Of a DNA stretch of 64,000 bases, positions 25,972 to 37,697 are shown piece by piece. The notes beneath the pieces are model-generated. The model was not told the origin of the DNA, ran no database searches, and worked only from the letters and a program-made list of their open reading frames with translations. Position 1 is the first letter of the stretch. Each line of letters begins with the position of its first letter. The position numbers and the translations under genes were made by a program. Origin of the DNA: Octopus sinensis (lineage: Eukaryota); NCBI RefSeq assembly GCF_006345805.1, contig NC_043020.1, forward strand, positions 30,814,001 to 30,878,000, in the 5' to 3' direction.

Positions 25972-28365
25972 TGTTGTGATGAGAGTTACAACACCCCCTT
26001 GCAAGAGATAGACTGGTCCAAGTAAAGTATAAATAGGGATAATCCAAGTGGGTTCGGGGTTCAGAGTCGAGTGAAGTTCATGACAGTTCACAAGGAGTAT
26101 TGAATGTTGGTTCCTAAAGAGATTTGTTAGTTTGTTACATTGTTTTTAGTGTTGTCTGCTTTTCTTATTTATTGTATGTGACAAATTACGAAACACCATC
26201 TGGCGACAAGCGCCTTGAAGCTTTCACGTAGGTTATTTAACAATTTATTCATGATACAACTAGTTAAATAATCCTTTCTACTATAGGCACAAGGCCTGAA
26301 ATTTTGGAGGAGGAGGAGGCTAGTCGATTAGATCGACCCCAATATGAAACTGGTACTTAATTTATCGAACCTGAAAGGATGAAAGGTAAAGTTGACCTTG
26401 TTGGGACAGATGAAATACCGCTAAGCATTTTGTCTGGCGTGCTAACAACTCTGCCAGCTCACCGCCTTACAACTTATTAAATAATTATTTTCTACTTTAG
26501 GCACAAGGCTCAAAATTTTTGGGGAGGAGGGGGGGGTTAGAAAATTTGTACACGTAAAAATAAATGGAATATATATAAAGCTTCAAGTGGATACTGGAAG
26601 TGATATTTCAATAATAAATGTGGACACATAGAAGAAAATAGGGAAACCTACATTGAGAAAAACAGCAAAATCTGCTCATAGCATGATGGGCAACAAATTA
26701 CATTTCATAGGCGAAATATGGACTAATGTCACATTTCGAGGGAAAACATGCAAGGCGAAAGTTTTCATCGTTAAAAATGCAACCTATCTGTTATAATTAT
26801 TTGATTTATGGGACCTCCCCATAAATCTCAATTGTAAAAACATAAATGATTGTCGCTCTAAAAATAATTTGTCTGAAGAGTTAAAAAGAACATTTTTTTA
26901 AATGTTTCCGCAAGTACTCTTGGACAAACTGGGTCTATGTACATACTGTCTAATTGTTATGGATAGTTATACAAAGTGGGCAGAGGTATGCAGATGTAAT
27001 AAACCCACAGCAAAGACAACAATAAAGTTCCTACATGAGTTATTTGCTTGATACAGTGTTCTAGACATGTTGGCTTCAGATAATGGAACACAATTCATGG
27101 GATATGAATTAGGAAATTTCTGCAAAATAAATGCCATAAAGCACTTCTTTACCCTGCCCTACCACTCACGGTTAAATGGGCAGGAGGAAAGATTTGTTGA
27201 TAGGTTCAAAAGAGCTCTAAGAAAAGCTAGGAAAGAGCTCAATAATGATGAAGCACTAACAAAATTTTTGAGAGTATATAGAATAACACCAAATCCAAAA
27301 ATTTAATTCAGGAAAGTCGCTAGCAGTGCTAATGTTCACGCATAAAATAAAATCAATCTTTGATAAATTATTGCCAGGAAAAATACATATAAAGATAAAA
27401 AAATACATTTGAAGGAAATACAAGAAATATTACAAAACATTCCGAAGTAGGAGACAAAGTTCATTTAAAAATTGGTAAAGAAGGTTGGGAGGATGGCTGT
27501 GTAATCAAAAGATGAGGTAACATGAAGTATTTGATTAAAGGACAATGTTCAGAACATAAGAGACACCTTAACCAGTTAAAGATGAGACATTCAGAAGAAC
27601 AAAGGGTAATACCAATGGAAGTCTTCTATGATATGTTCGAAGTGCCAGCACTGAGAGATAACGAACCCCATAGAACTAGCAGCAGCAAATGAAAACAGAC
27701 TGAATATCATCATCATCGTCATTTAACATCTGTTTTCCACACCGGGGTCTGGGAAGCCCGGAGGCTACACCAGGCTCCAGTCTAATTTGGCAGTGTTTCT
27801 ACAGCTGGATGCCCTTCCTAACACCAACCACCCTGTGAGTGTAGTGGGTGTTTTTTATGTGCCACCGGCACAGGGGCCAGAGCAGGCTGGCAAACGGCCA
27901 CGATCGATTGGTGAATATCTGGAAATAATACCTAAACGGAAGAAATACTGAATTAAAAAAAAATGAGTACTAACAAAAGTGCTTAGCACAATGAAAAGAA
28001 AAAGTGCTGTGTGCAACAAACAATTAAGATTCAACAGTAAAGAACAAAAAAAAAAAAAGAGGTGCTGCAATGAAAAAACTAAAAGAAATTCCACTTTCTC
28101 ATACTAGTTGAAATCTCAAAAGGAGAGGTATTGTAATGAGAGTTTTGACACTCCCTTGTGAGAGACAGACTGGTCCGAGTAAACCATAAATAGTTAAGAT
28201 TCAGAGTTGAGTTGACATTTGTGTTAGTCCGCAGTGGAGTCGGAAGGTCAGTTCACAAGGGATATATTGACCATTGGTTTGTAAAGAGATTTGTTAGTTC
28301 ATTACATTGGTTTTACTGTTGCCTGGTTATCTTATTTATTGTACATAACAAAATATGTTACAACA
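25972..28365 (+). mobile_element. Decayed, internally deleted Ty3/Gypsy LTR retrotransposon with later SINE/RTE insertions
   Basis: Diverged ~230-bp LTRs (25972-26198, 28129-28365). PBS-like tggcgacaag at 26201, PPT aaaaggagagg. Protease LQVDTGSDISII, integrase SDNGTQF...PYHSRLNGQEERF. Confidence 0.88.
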
Positions 28366-28539
28366 ACATATAAACACATGAATATAGTTAGTTTCATGTA
28401 AGTTAATCAATGATGATGATAATGATGGTGCTCTCTATCACACTGGTATTTCAAACTTTAAATTAAAAAGGATTTGTTCTATTTGTTATTGAACAGCTCT
28501 GATCAACTATGAGTGACCAAATTCATTGCCATAAGAAAT

Positions 28540-29330
28540 TAATGGTAAAAAACATTCTTCATACATCATTCTGTGATGCATCTGGACACATCATCAGTGA
28601 TGTCTCTTGAGGGTCATAAGGTGCTCAGGGTCTTTCAACAACCAAACATCCTCCTCCTTATCCAGGTGACTCCACTGGGGTTGATCAAATCTCAGCTTGT
28701 GTCCAGTGAGCACTTCCCCTTCAAGGACTTGCATCTCCTCTTGATCCGCAGCTACCTTGAAACAGCTTCTGCTACCTCCACACTTAATGCCAAGCATACT
28801 GTAAAAGGCTCTGTAGAGAGAGAGAGACTGGCCAGCAGCACACTCTCTGCATCGCACCTCCTCAGTGGCATGCTTGCCAGCCCAGTGCTTCGGCATAATC
28901 CCTCTAGCTCAGCATATTTCTTCCTCTTGCTCTTGTTAGCCTCCTTGATGCAGATCTCCCAGAGGACAGAGAGAGTCCTAACAGAACCACCTTCTTGGAT
29001 GCTTCTGAGATCAGCACCATATCTGGCCTTAGTGATATTGAAGTAACAACTTTAGCTGCTTCTCTGGGTTAACTTGTAACTGACAGTCTTTTGCTGATCC
29101 AGGGATGCTATAAGGGGCAGACCTAGCAATGGGCACCTTCTCACCAGCTGCGACAAAGGCAATGAACTTCTTTGCTTGGTAGAAGTACTTGCAAGGACTG
29201 ATCTCACCTGGGAATGGTGTCAGAGTTAGTTACTACAATAAGTGACTCATCTGAGATACAGCATGAGAGATTTGGAAACTTGTTAATTCAATAAAATTCC
29301 ACTTTCAGTTCACAAAGTTGTTGGTTGTAT
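28540..29330 (-). mobile_element. 3' fragment of an RLE-encoding non-LTR retrotransposon (Hero/NeSL-like)
   Basis: Reverse strand gives RPDMVLISEASKK...LSVLWEICIKEANKSKRKKYAEL, the PD-(D/E)xK restriction-like endonuclease signature. Confidence 0.75.
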
Positions 29331-29567
29331 GAAGAGTAATATCGATCCAGATTGAGACAAACACAATCACTCCAACAATACGCAAGTTCAAATGTACACA
29401 TGAATGTATGTGTGACTACATCCATATGTGCATGATGTAGGCATGCCTACTGTGTGCAGGCTGATTGTTTGTGTGTGTATATGTGTGCGTATGCAGGCCA
29501 ATTGTTTGTGTGTACATGAGACAGATTTGATAGAAAATGTAAAATCCAAAAATAAGCGACCTCTTAC

Positions 29568-29700
29568 CTGCACTCACATGTTTCTTCATGTTCAGACTTC
29601 TCAGTGTGTAACAAAGTAACTAAACAGCCATTAGTAGAGTATTTACAAGGGAACAGCACGGTCATTGCTACCTTCTCCATTGCTAAGTTGCGAATATTTC
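29568..29700 (-). CDS. Siah: Siah coding exon (first SIAH-type zinc finger)
   Basis: GNIRNLAMEKVAMTVLFPCKYSTNGCLVTLLHTEKSEHEETCEC. Acceptor ctgcag|, donor |gtaag, 133 nt, phase 1 to 2. Confidence 0.96.
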
Positions 29701-30960
29701 CTGCAGTAACAACAACAACAGTAACGATAATTTCTAACACAGATTCAAGGATACACATTTGTTTCTTTTTTCTTCATTTTTTTTTTGGGGGGGGGGAGAT
29801 GGTGATGGTGGAGGGTGGTCATAGTTGATTTCATCAGTTCCTATTCATGGACTGATATTTTCTTTATTTTATCCACCCTTGGAAAGATAGAAAAAGTCAA
29901 ACTCACGCTAGATCTGAACTCAAACCTACAGAGACATAAACTAAATGCCACAAGGCATTTTGCCTGATGCTCTACCAATTCTGTCTCTCCAACAAAATCA
30001 ATAACAACACTTTATAAGAATCACAGTTTCCAACGGAAGAGGAAGGAAATGTATATTAATAACATTTAATGTTTAATACATTTATATATACACACAAGCA
30101 TGGTCTCGGGTTCAGTCCCACTGCATGGCGCCATGGGCAAGTGTCTTCTACTATAGCTCCAAGTCTACCAAAGTCTTTTGAATGGATTCAGTAGATGGAA
30201 ATTCAAAGAAGCTCACAGTTTATGTGTGTGTATGTTACTGTCGCTTTGCCTTGAGATCACATGACAGTTGCGAGTGTCACCCTCTTGCCATTAGTATGCC
30301 TTGGTTCCAATTTCCCATGAAAACATCTCTGGTCATTGAGAATGACCTTACTTGGGGACAGGTGAGGGTTGGCAACAGGAAAGAAATCCAAAAGTAGAAA
30401 ATCCACCGAGATATAAATTCTACAAGCATGGAAAAGTGAATGTCAAAACGATGATGATGATGATTTGTTTCATAATCAATCACTGATGATTAATTTGGAA
30501 CACCAGATGAGACACTCAAACAAGCAATCAAGTAAACAAATAGGACAACAGTGGTACCTAGTTATTTGGTGGTTGGATATGGTGGATGCTTGAACCATTT
30601 GTAGGGAAGAAGTGGTTTGCAACTACTATTCAACTAGAGAGGACTTCACCCTTTTGATACCAATCCACTTGAGACCATCTCTGGTGATATGGTATAAACT
30701 TTTTTTCTACTGAAGTTATCTAAATTAAGACCTTCCATCAAAATTTCAAATTACTTTATGCTCCAAACACAAGCTTAATTATGGCAAAGTTATTTATTAC
30801 ATTTTTCATTATTTTTGGAATTTACCAAAACAAAAGCAGTGTATTTCAACAGGAATATGGAAACAAAAGTGTTAAGAAGATAGAGTGAACAGAACAATTA
30901 CTGTGTGGTCATTCTACAAACACAAAGCAGAAGAGAGAACAGGCAACACACAGTCTAACT

Positions 30961-31224
30961 CAGAACTTTCCAAACTTTTCACATTTGCGACACACTTTTT
31001 TGAAAAGAATTAAATTTAAAAATTCATGATACATTAAGTAATTAACAATTAAATGTTGGCAATTAAAACTATATCACAAGTCACCAGTCATGTGCTTAAT
31101 TGTACAGAAGATTTTCAGACTTCACAGTCAAATATTCCTGGATCGGATATGACAATTTTGTGACACATGAAGAAATTATTGGCAGCACAGTAGTAAAGAT
31201 TACCAGCACAGTTTGGAATCCCTG
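30961..31224. mobile_element. hAT MITE
   Basis: TIRs cagaactttccaaact / agtttggaatccctg. 8-bp TSD gtctaact / gtccaact (1 mismatch). Confidence 0.75.
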
Positions 31225-32346
31225 GTCCAACTCTGGTCTCCTGACTCTGCTTACTTCATTAGCAGGTCACACAGTTATAGGTGCTGTTTCATTATTTTAA
31301 CATCCATTTTCCCAGGCTTGCAAGAGTCAGGTGTAGTTTAACGAGGCAAATTTTCTATAGCCTAATGCTCTTCCTAGCTATGGATTCTCACCCTCAAACC
31401 ATATCATGTGATTATTTATATATATCAAAATCAAATTCGATGACAGCACCGCATGACTGACATCCGTGCTAGTGGAGCACTAAGAGCACCATCCAAGCAT
31501 GATCATTGCCAGGGCCACTGACTAGCCCCCGGTGCTGGTGGCACGTAAAATGATCATTACCAGCGTCACCTTACTGGCACTTGTACCAGTGGTACATGAA
31601 AAACAACATTCGAGTGAGGGTGTTGCAAGTGCCACTGGACTGGCTCCTGTGCAGGTGACACATAAAAACACTATTTGAGCGTGGCCATTGCCAGTACTGC
31701 CTGACTGGCCCTCATGCCAGTGGAACGTAAAAGCACCCACTACACTCTCAGAGTGGTTGGCATTAGGAAGGGCATCCAGCTGTAGAAACTCTGCCAGATC
31801 AGATTGGAGCTATCTGGCTCACCAGTCCCCAGTCAAACTGTCCAACCCATGCCAGCATGGAAAGCAGACTTTAAATGATGATGACGATGATTCCAAAGTA
31901 TGTATTTAAATGCTTTCCAAAATAAACATACATTTTATTGAAATGACTCTGAGGAAGGTCTAGGATGGTGTACAAGCACTCAGCTTTGAGCACACTTCTT
32001 ATAGCAAAAACAACTATAAGCTAATGAAGGTGATTAGGTAACTCTTTTTCTCTTGTCATTCATTCATTAATATACAAGTATGTGTGTGTGTATTTCATTC
32101 TTTTAATGTGCATTTTTCCATGCTAGCGTGACCTGAAATCTTAAACGCATACGTGCACACAAACACACATAAACAGTGGGCTTTCTGTCATCAAACCATA
32201 CCTTTTTTTTCAAATAAGAGATTTCTTTATTGCTCAGGTCTTCAGAAGTACAATGTGACAGTGTTTCTGCTAGAAGATGCAAATGCCCTCACAGCTGAAT
32301 GCTTGAGTATCAAACTACAGCTTATTACTACTTTGTACTAATGTTT

Positions 32347-32466
32347 ACTTACACCCATACCACTTTGAATGCGCTGGTTCTTGTCCAATCACTGAAGTTA
32401 AGCAACATCGAGCCTATTGAGTACATAGATGGGTGACCGCTTGAGAAACCTAGGTGTTGTAAGCTT
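32347..32466 (+). pseudogene. 5S rRNA pseudogene, full length (~120 nt), diverged
   Basis: acttacacccataccactttgaatgcgctggttcttgtccaatcactgaagttaagcaacatcg...agtacatagatgggtgaccgcttgagaaac...gtgttgtaagctt aligns end to end with animal 5S, including the box A and box C regions. Single copy, many substitutions, no oligo-T terminator. Confidence 0.88.
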
Positions 32467-33505
32467 GTCACACTTGTGAAGGTGCATGGCTCAGTGATTA
32501 GAGTGTAGTGAGTTTGATTCCCGGACCAGGCTGTGTGCTGTGTTCTTGAGCAAGACACTTTATTTCATGTTGCTCCAGTTCACTCAGCTGTACCAGCGTT
32601 TGCCTTTCTCTTGGATGACATCAGTGGCCTGGAGAGGAGAGACTGGTATGCATGGGCAACAGCTGGTCTGCCATAAACAACTTTGACCGGACTTGTGTCT
32701 TGGAGGGTAAATTTCTAGGTGCAATCCCATGGTCATTGACGACCAAAGGGAGTCTTTTTACCCTTTACTTGACTGACACTTCATTTTGACGCATATGGAT
32801 ATTGTGTTCTACTGCCAAGTTATTAGCATCATTATGCCTAACAGAAATATCTATAAATATATAAAGGTTACCCTAAAGAAATGCTGTGGATCTGTATCCA
32901 AATGCACAATGAACACCCACCGTAGAAAACACAAATAATCACAATGGTGAAATATGCATAGGGGACTGATGGTATAAAATGCATGTTGTGTTTATCCGTT
33001 TTGTTTCCTGTATTTATTCTTTATATCATAACCAGTAATACTAATAAGTATAGTCATTACCACTAAAGTGAAAATAGACTGACTGGAACTTTATATATAT
33101 ATATATATATATATAGCGTGATATACAATGGTGGTTGTCACAGGGCGTGTACTACTGTGCTAAGCCTACTGCTCTGGCATCTGGATAAACATACAAACAT
33201 TAGGCTGTTTTAATGCATTACATCAACGTAAGTGTATTATTGGGTTTCAAAACAAATTATGACCAGAATATATCATAACGGCAAGAACATAATTATTAGA
33301 AAGAAAATTTGCCATCTTTGGTGGTTGTGAAGTATTCAGTTTCTGTAAGTGAATTGTTGTGAATAAGGCAATGAGAAAGGTTAATACTGAGAGAGGAAAT
33401 GGTAAAGCAAGTGAAAGTGTGAGAGACTGAGTGAGCATTTGAGAGAGAGAGAGAGAGAGAGAAAGGGAGAGCAGAAGGATGGAGGGGTGATGTAATGATA
33501 CTCAC

Positions 33506-33664
33506 CTAATGGTCCTCTACATGTTGGGCACATTGACAATTTCTGCCTACACGAATGGCACACAATATGTCCACTCTGGCACTGCATGATGGGAGGGAGT
33601 GCATAGTCAAAACAAACTGGACATTCAAACAGGGTGGCCAGGTCATTGTTGCTGGTTGTTGAAG
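33506..33664 (-). CDS. Siah: Siah coding exon (RING finger)
   Basis: STTSNNDLATLFECPVCFDYALPPIMQCQSGHIVCHSCRQKLSMCPTCRGPL is the Siah C3HC4 RING. Polypyrimidine acceptor tctttctcag|, donor |gtgag, 159 nt, phase 1 to 1. Confidence 0.97.
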   Translation of the reverse strand, partial: LQQPATMTWPPCLNVQFVLTMHSLPSCSARVDILCAIRVGRNCQCAQHVEDH

Positions 33665-34497
33665 CTGAGAAAGAGAAAGAGGGAGAAAGTGAAGGTAACA
33701 GACGAAAACTTGAGTATATCATGGAATATTAGTTTTTATATCAACTTCAATCAGGTGCACATGTATACACACACATGCATATACAGTGGAATCTCAGTTT
33801 ATGAATTTAATTTGCCCCTGAAGGGCATTTGTCACCTATTCGTGAATTCAAGAGAAAGCATGGCAAATTTGAACAACTGACACTCTCCTCTTGCTGATAT
33901 TCCCAGCTTGTCACCAACCATTATTACCATCTTGTGTGTTCATTACTTGAGACACTGTTCATCATCCAAGACATTCTAGGTTTAAAAAATTGTCCAGTGT
34001 ATACAACAGGTAACTGCATGGCAGAGTGAGAAAGAAGTGATTTTGTTATCACGATTTCAGCTTCAGTCCCACAGCATACAGTGCATTTGGTCAGTGTCTT
34101 CTACTACAGCCTTCAGTTGACCAATACATACTGAGTGGAACTCTCAAACAATTTGGAAGTGTGTATGTGTGTGTGTTTGCATGTTTGAATCTGTGTGTCT
34201 CGACATTGATACTGTTCTGATAAAAATTCCTTTTCTTAATTTTTACCATTTTTTACAAGGAAGTGTTTCAGTTTGAACCAGGAGGTGAGTGTGTGTGCGT
34301 TGTAGCATATTGGGTTGCAGTAAACTTGTATGTTGTAGCATCCAGGTATGTTACGTCTTGCTGCATGTCTTGTGTGTATGTGTGTATGCATGTGTGTGTG
34401 TGTGTGTATGTGTGTATGCATGTGTGTGTGTGTGTGCATGCATGTGTGTGTGTGTGTTATGTTAAGAAAACAGATCCAAGTAAGAAGAAAAACTTAC

Positions 34498-34572
34498 ATT
34501 TTAAACCCCTGCAATCCCTCTCAGATTTGTGAGTTTGGATGTTCATCATCAGTGTGGACTCTTGGACAGGAA
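34498..34572 (-). CDS. Siah: Candidate upstream Siah exon (non-conserved N-terminal region)
   Basis: Acceptor tctcttttacag|, donor |gtaagt, 75 nt, phase 1 to 1. Open in frame with the RING exon (PVQESTLMMNIQTHKSERDCRGLK) and contains two in-frame ATGs. No homology support. Confidence 0.5.
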
Positions 34573-34862
34573 CTGTAAAAGAGACACAGGAGACATTGTC
34601 ACCTAGAAATGGATGGCTGAATTTGTGTGTTTGTGAGATAGAGATGCAGAAAGACTGTTAGGAACAATGAAGAATTAAAAATAAACATAAAACAAAGTAA
34701 AAGCAGAAAAAGGAGGAATGATAGATGTAGGCAAAAAAAGAACGAACAGGTCCTTGGCTGCCTCTGATACTTTTGTATCATCAGTTGGAGAGGAGAATGG
34801 CTGACTGAGGGCATGTCTGAGAGAGCCACTACAAACAGTACGCATGTATACATGTGTGTGTG

Positions 34863-34893
<31 letters not shown>

Positions 34894-36032
34894 ATGTATA
34901 TATATATATATACACACACATACATATACATATTTATGTACATGTGTGTGTGTATGTATGCATATATATATATATATATATATTATCATCATCATTGTCG
35001 TTGTTTAACTTTTGCTTTCCATATGCTAGCATGGGTTGGTCAGTTTGACTAAGGACTGGCAAGCCAGAAGGCTGTGCCAGGCCCCAATCTGACCTAGCAC
35101 AGTTTTTACATCTGGATGCCTTTCCTAATGCCTTTCCTACACTCCGAGAGTGTAGTGGGTGCTTTTTACGTGCTGCCAGCATGAGGGCCAATCAGGCGGT
35201 ACTAGCATCAGCCAAAACAATGACTTCACTTGTCTCAACAGGTCTTTGCAGGCCCAGTTTATTACTCAATGATTGAAGAGTACTCTTAAATGGGCTGGTT
35301 ATGCTGCACTGGCATATGTCACGGTTATGGTATCTCTTAGTTTGCCGGGTCTTCTCAAGCACAGCATGTCTCCAAAGGTCGTGGTCACTTGTCATTGCCT
35401 TCATGAGGCCCAACATTCAAAAGTTGTGCTTCACCACCACATCCCAGGTCTTCGATCTACCTCTTCCACAGGTTCCCTCTACTGCTAGGATGTGATACTT
35501 TTTCACACAACTGTATATATATATATATATATATTCTTCTGTCTAGTTTCAGCTCATAGCTGCAGCTATGCCGATGCACCACCGTTTAAATAATGTAAAG
35601 CCAGCCGAAATACCATGATCGTTGCCAGAGCGGCTAACTGGCTTCCGTGCCGGTGGCATGTAAAAAGCACCATTCGAGCGTGATCATTACCAGCATCGCC
35701 TTACTAGCACTTGTGCCGGTAGCACGTGAAAAAACATTCAAGTGAGGTCATTGCCAGTGCCACTAGACTGGTGCCTTTGCAGGTAGGACGTAAAGAACAC
35801 CATTTGAGCGTGGCCGTTGCCAGTACCGCCTGACTGGCACTCGAGCCGGTGGCATGTAAAAGCACCCACTACACTCTCGGAGTGGTTGGCATTAGGAAGG
35901 GCATCCAGCTGCAGAAACTCTGCCAGATCAAGATTGGACTCTGGTGCAGCCATCTGGTTCGCCAGTCCTCATTCAAATCGTCCAACCCATGCTAGCATGG
36001 AAAGCGGACGTTAAGCGATAATGATTATGATG

Positions 36033-36033
<1 letters not shown>

Positions 36034-36081
<48 letters not shown>

Positions 36082-36677
36082 CATACATACATACATATAT
36101 ATATATACATACATACATACATATATATATATACATACATATATATATACATACATATATATATACATACATACATACATATATATATATATACATACAT
36201 ACATATATATATATATATACACATACATACATATATACACATACATACATATATATATATATATACACACACATACACACATACATATATACACATATAC
36301 ATATATACATACATATACATATATACATACATACACATACATACATACATACACATACATACATACATATACATACATACATACATATACATACATACAT
36401 ACACATATATATACATACACATATATATACATACATACACATATATACACATATATACACATACATACACATATACACATATATATACATATATACACAT
36501 ATATATATATACGCATATATATATACGCATATATATATACGCATATATATATACGCATATATATATACGCATATATATATACGCATATATATATACACGC
36601 ATATATATATACGCATATATATATACACGCATATATATATATACATGCATATATACATGCATATATACATGCATATA
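36034..36677. repeat. (TA)n/(TACA)n compound microsatellite
   Basis: Seen directly; includes tatacgca and tacatgca subunits. Confidence 0.97.
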
Positions 36678-37641
36678 TAAGGGAATCTGAGAGCAGATAG
36701 AGATAGAGTATAAGCAGTAGGGGACGGATGGAGAGGCTAAGAGACAGCAGGTGATATAGATAGAGTAAGGAATCAGATAGCAAATAGAAAGGCAAAGAGA
36801 CAGCAGGCGATATAGATAGGGTATAAGGACCAGGGCAGTTAGAAAGGGTAAGAGCGATATAGACAGAGGGAGATGAGGTGGTGGAAGAGAGGCAGGACAG
36901 GGAAGTGTGGTTCTAGGGGCAGTCGTTGAGCGGTCGTCGAGGAACACAGACGGATCTTGCAGTCGCTGGCCGGTCCTCGAAGAAGACAGACGGACCTTGG
37001 ATTTAAGGAGCAAGCGTTGGAATTCTTAGGAGCAAGTTGGATGCGAGAAAGCTTGGCGGCACAGAGGGAATTAGCAGTATTCAGAGGAATTAGCAGTATT
37101 GAGAGGAATGGGACACTGGCAGATTCAATTAGGAATTGAGGTATGTGTTGTGCATTGATATGTGTCACGGTGTATTGAGCAGTGAAGAGAACAGTCAAGG
37201 ACTCTGTCGATGTGGTCGATAAAGGACATTGTGAAGAAGAAGAGTAAAGGACTTGTTGATTGTGATGTTTAGGAAGAGACTTTAAAGAACTGTTGTCTTG
37301 GGACGTGTACTCTTGAATTGTTACATGATGTTGTATTATGCTTTGAGTTGTACTCTTGAAATGCTGTTGTATTATGTATTGAGTAGTCACGTGCATGCTT
37401 TGATGTATCTTGATGTTGTAACAATTGATTGTCGTATAAACTGTTGTTGAATATAGTGTAGCCAGTGTCTCTGTTGCCTTGCCTCTCTTTGGGTTGTATC
37501 TCGGGTTGTGCCTCTGTATCTCTGTGCTGTTGAGGTTGTGGCAGTATCTATCTGTATCTCCTCTCTCCGCCTCTTTGGGTTCCGTGGCGGAACTTGTGTG
37601 AGCCGTTCGGGACGGGCGACGACGGGTGATTCCGTAACAAC

Positions 37642-37659
37642 TGGTGTCAGAAGTGGGAT
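37642..37659 (+). promoter_or_regulatory. Primer-binding site complementary to the tRNA-Leu(CAA) 3' end
   Basis: TGGTGTCAGAAGTGGGAT lies 2 nt after the LTR end and is the reverse complement of ...ATCCCACTTCTGACACCA. Confidence 0.85.
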
Positions 37660-37697
37660 TGTCCTGATTGCTGCGTTTCGATCGGTTCTTTTTCGCT

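Noticed and set aside
28573-29046. 157-aa plus-strand ORF
   Set aside because: It is the antisense shadow of the minus-strand RLE retrotransposon fragment and has no recognisable motifs.
32347-32466. Functional 5S rRNA gene
   Set aside because: Single intronic copy with many substitutions and no Pol III terminator; treated as a pseudogene.
33381-33722. Single-exon 113-aa RING protein as given by the ORF track
   Set aside because: The flanking residues derive from the polypyrimidine tract and (CT)n intron. Splice sites delimit the real exon at 33506-33664.
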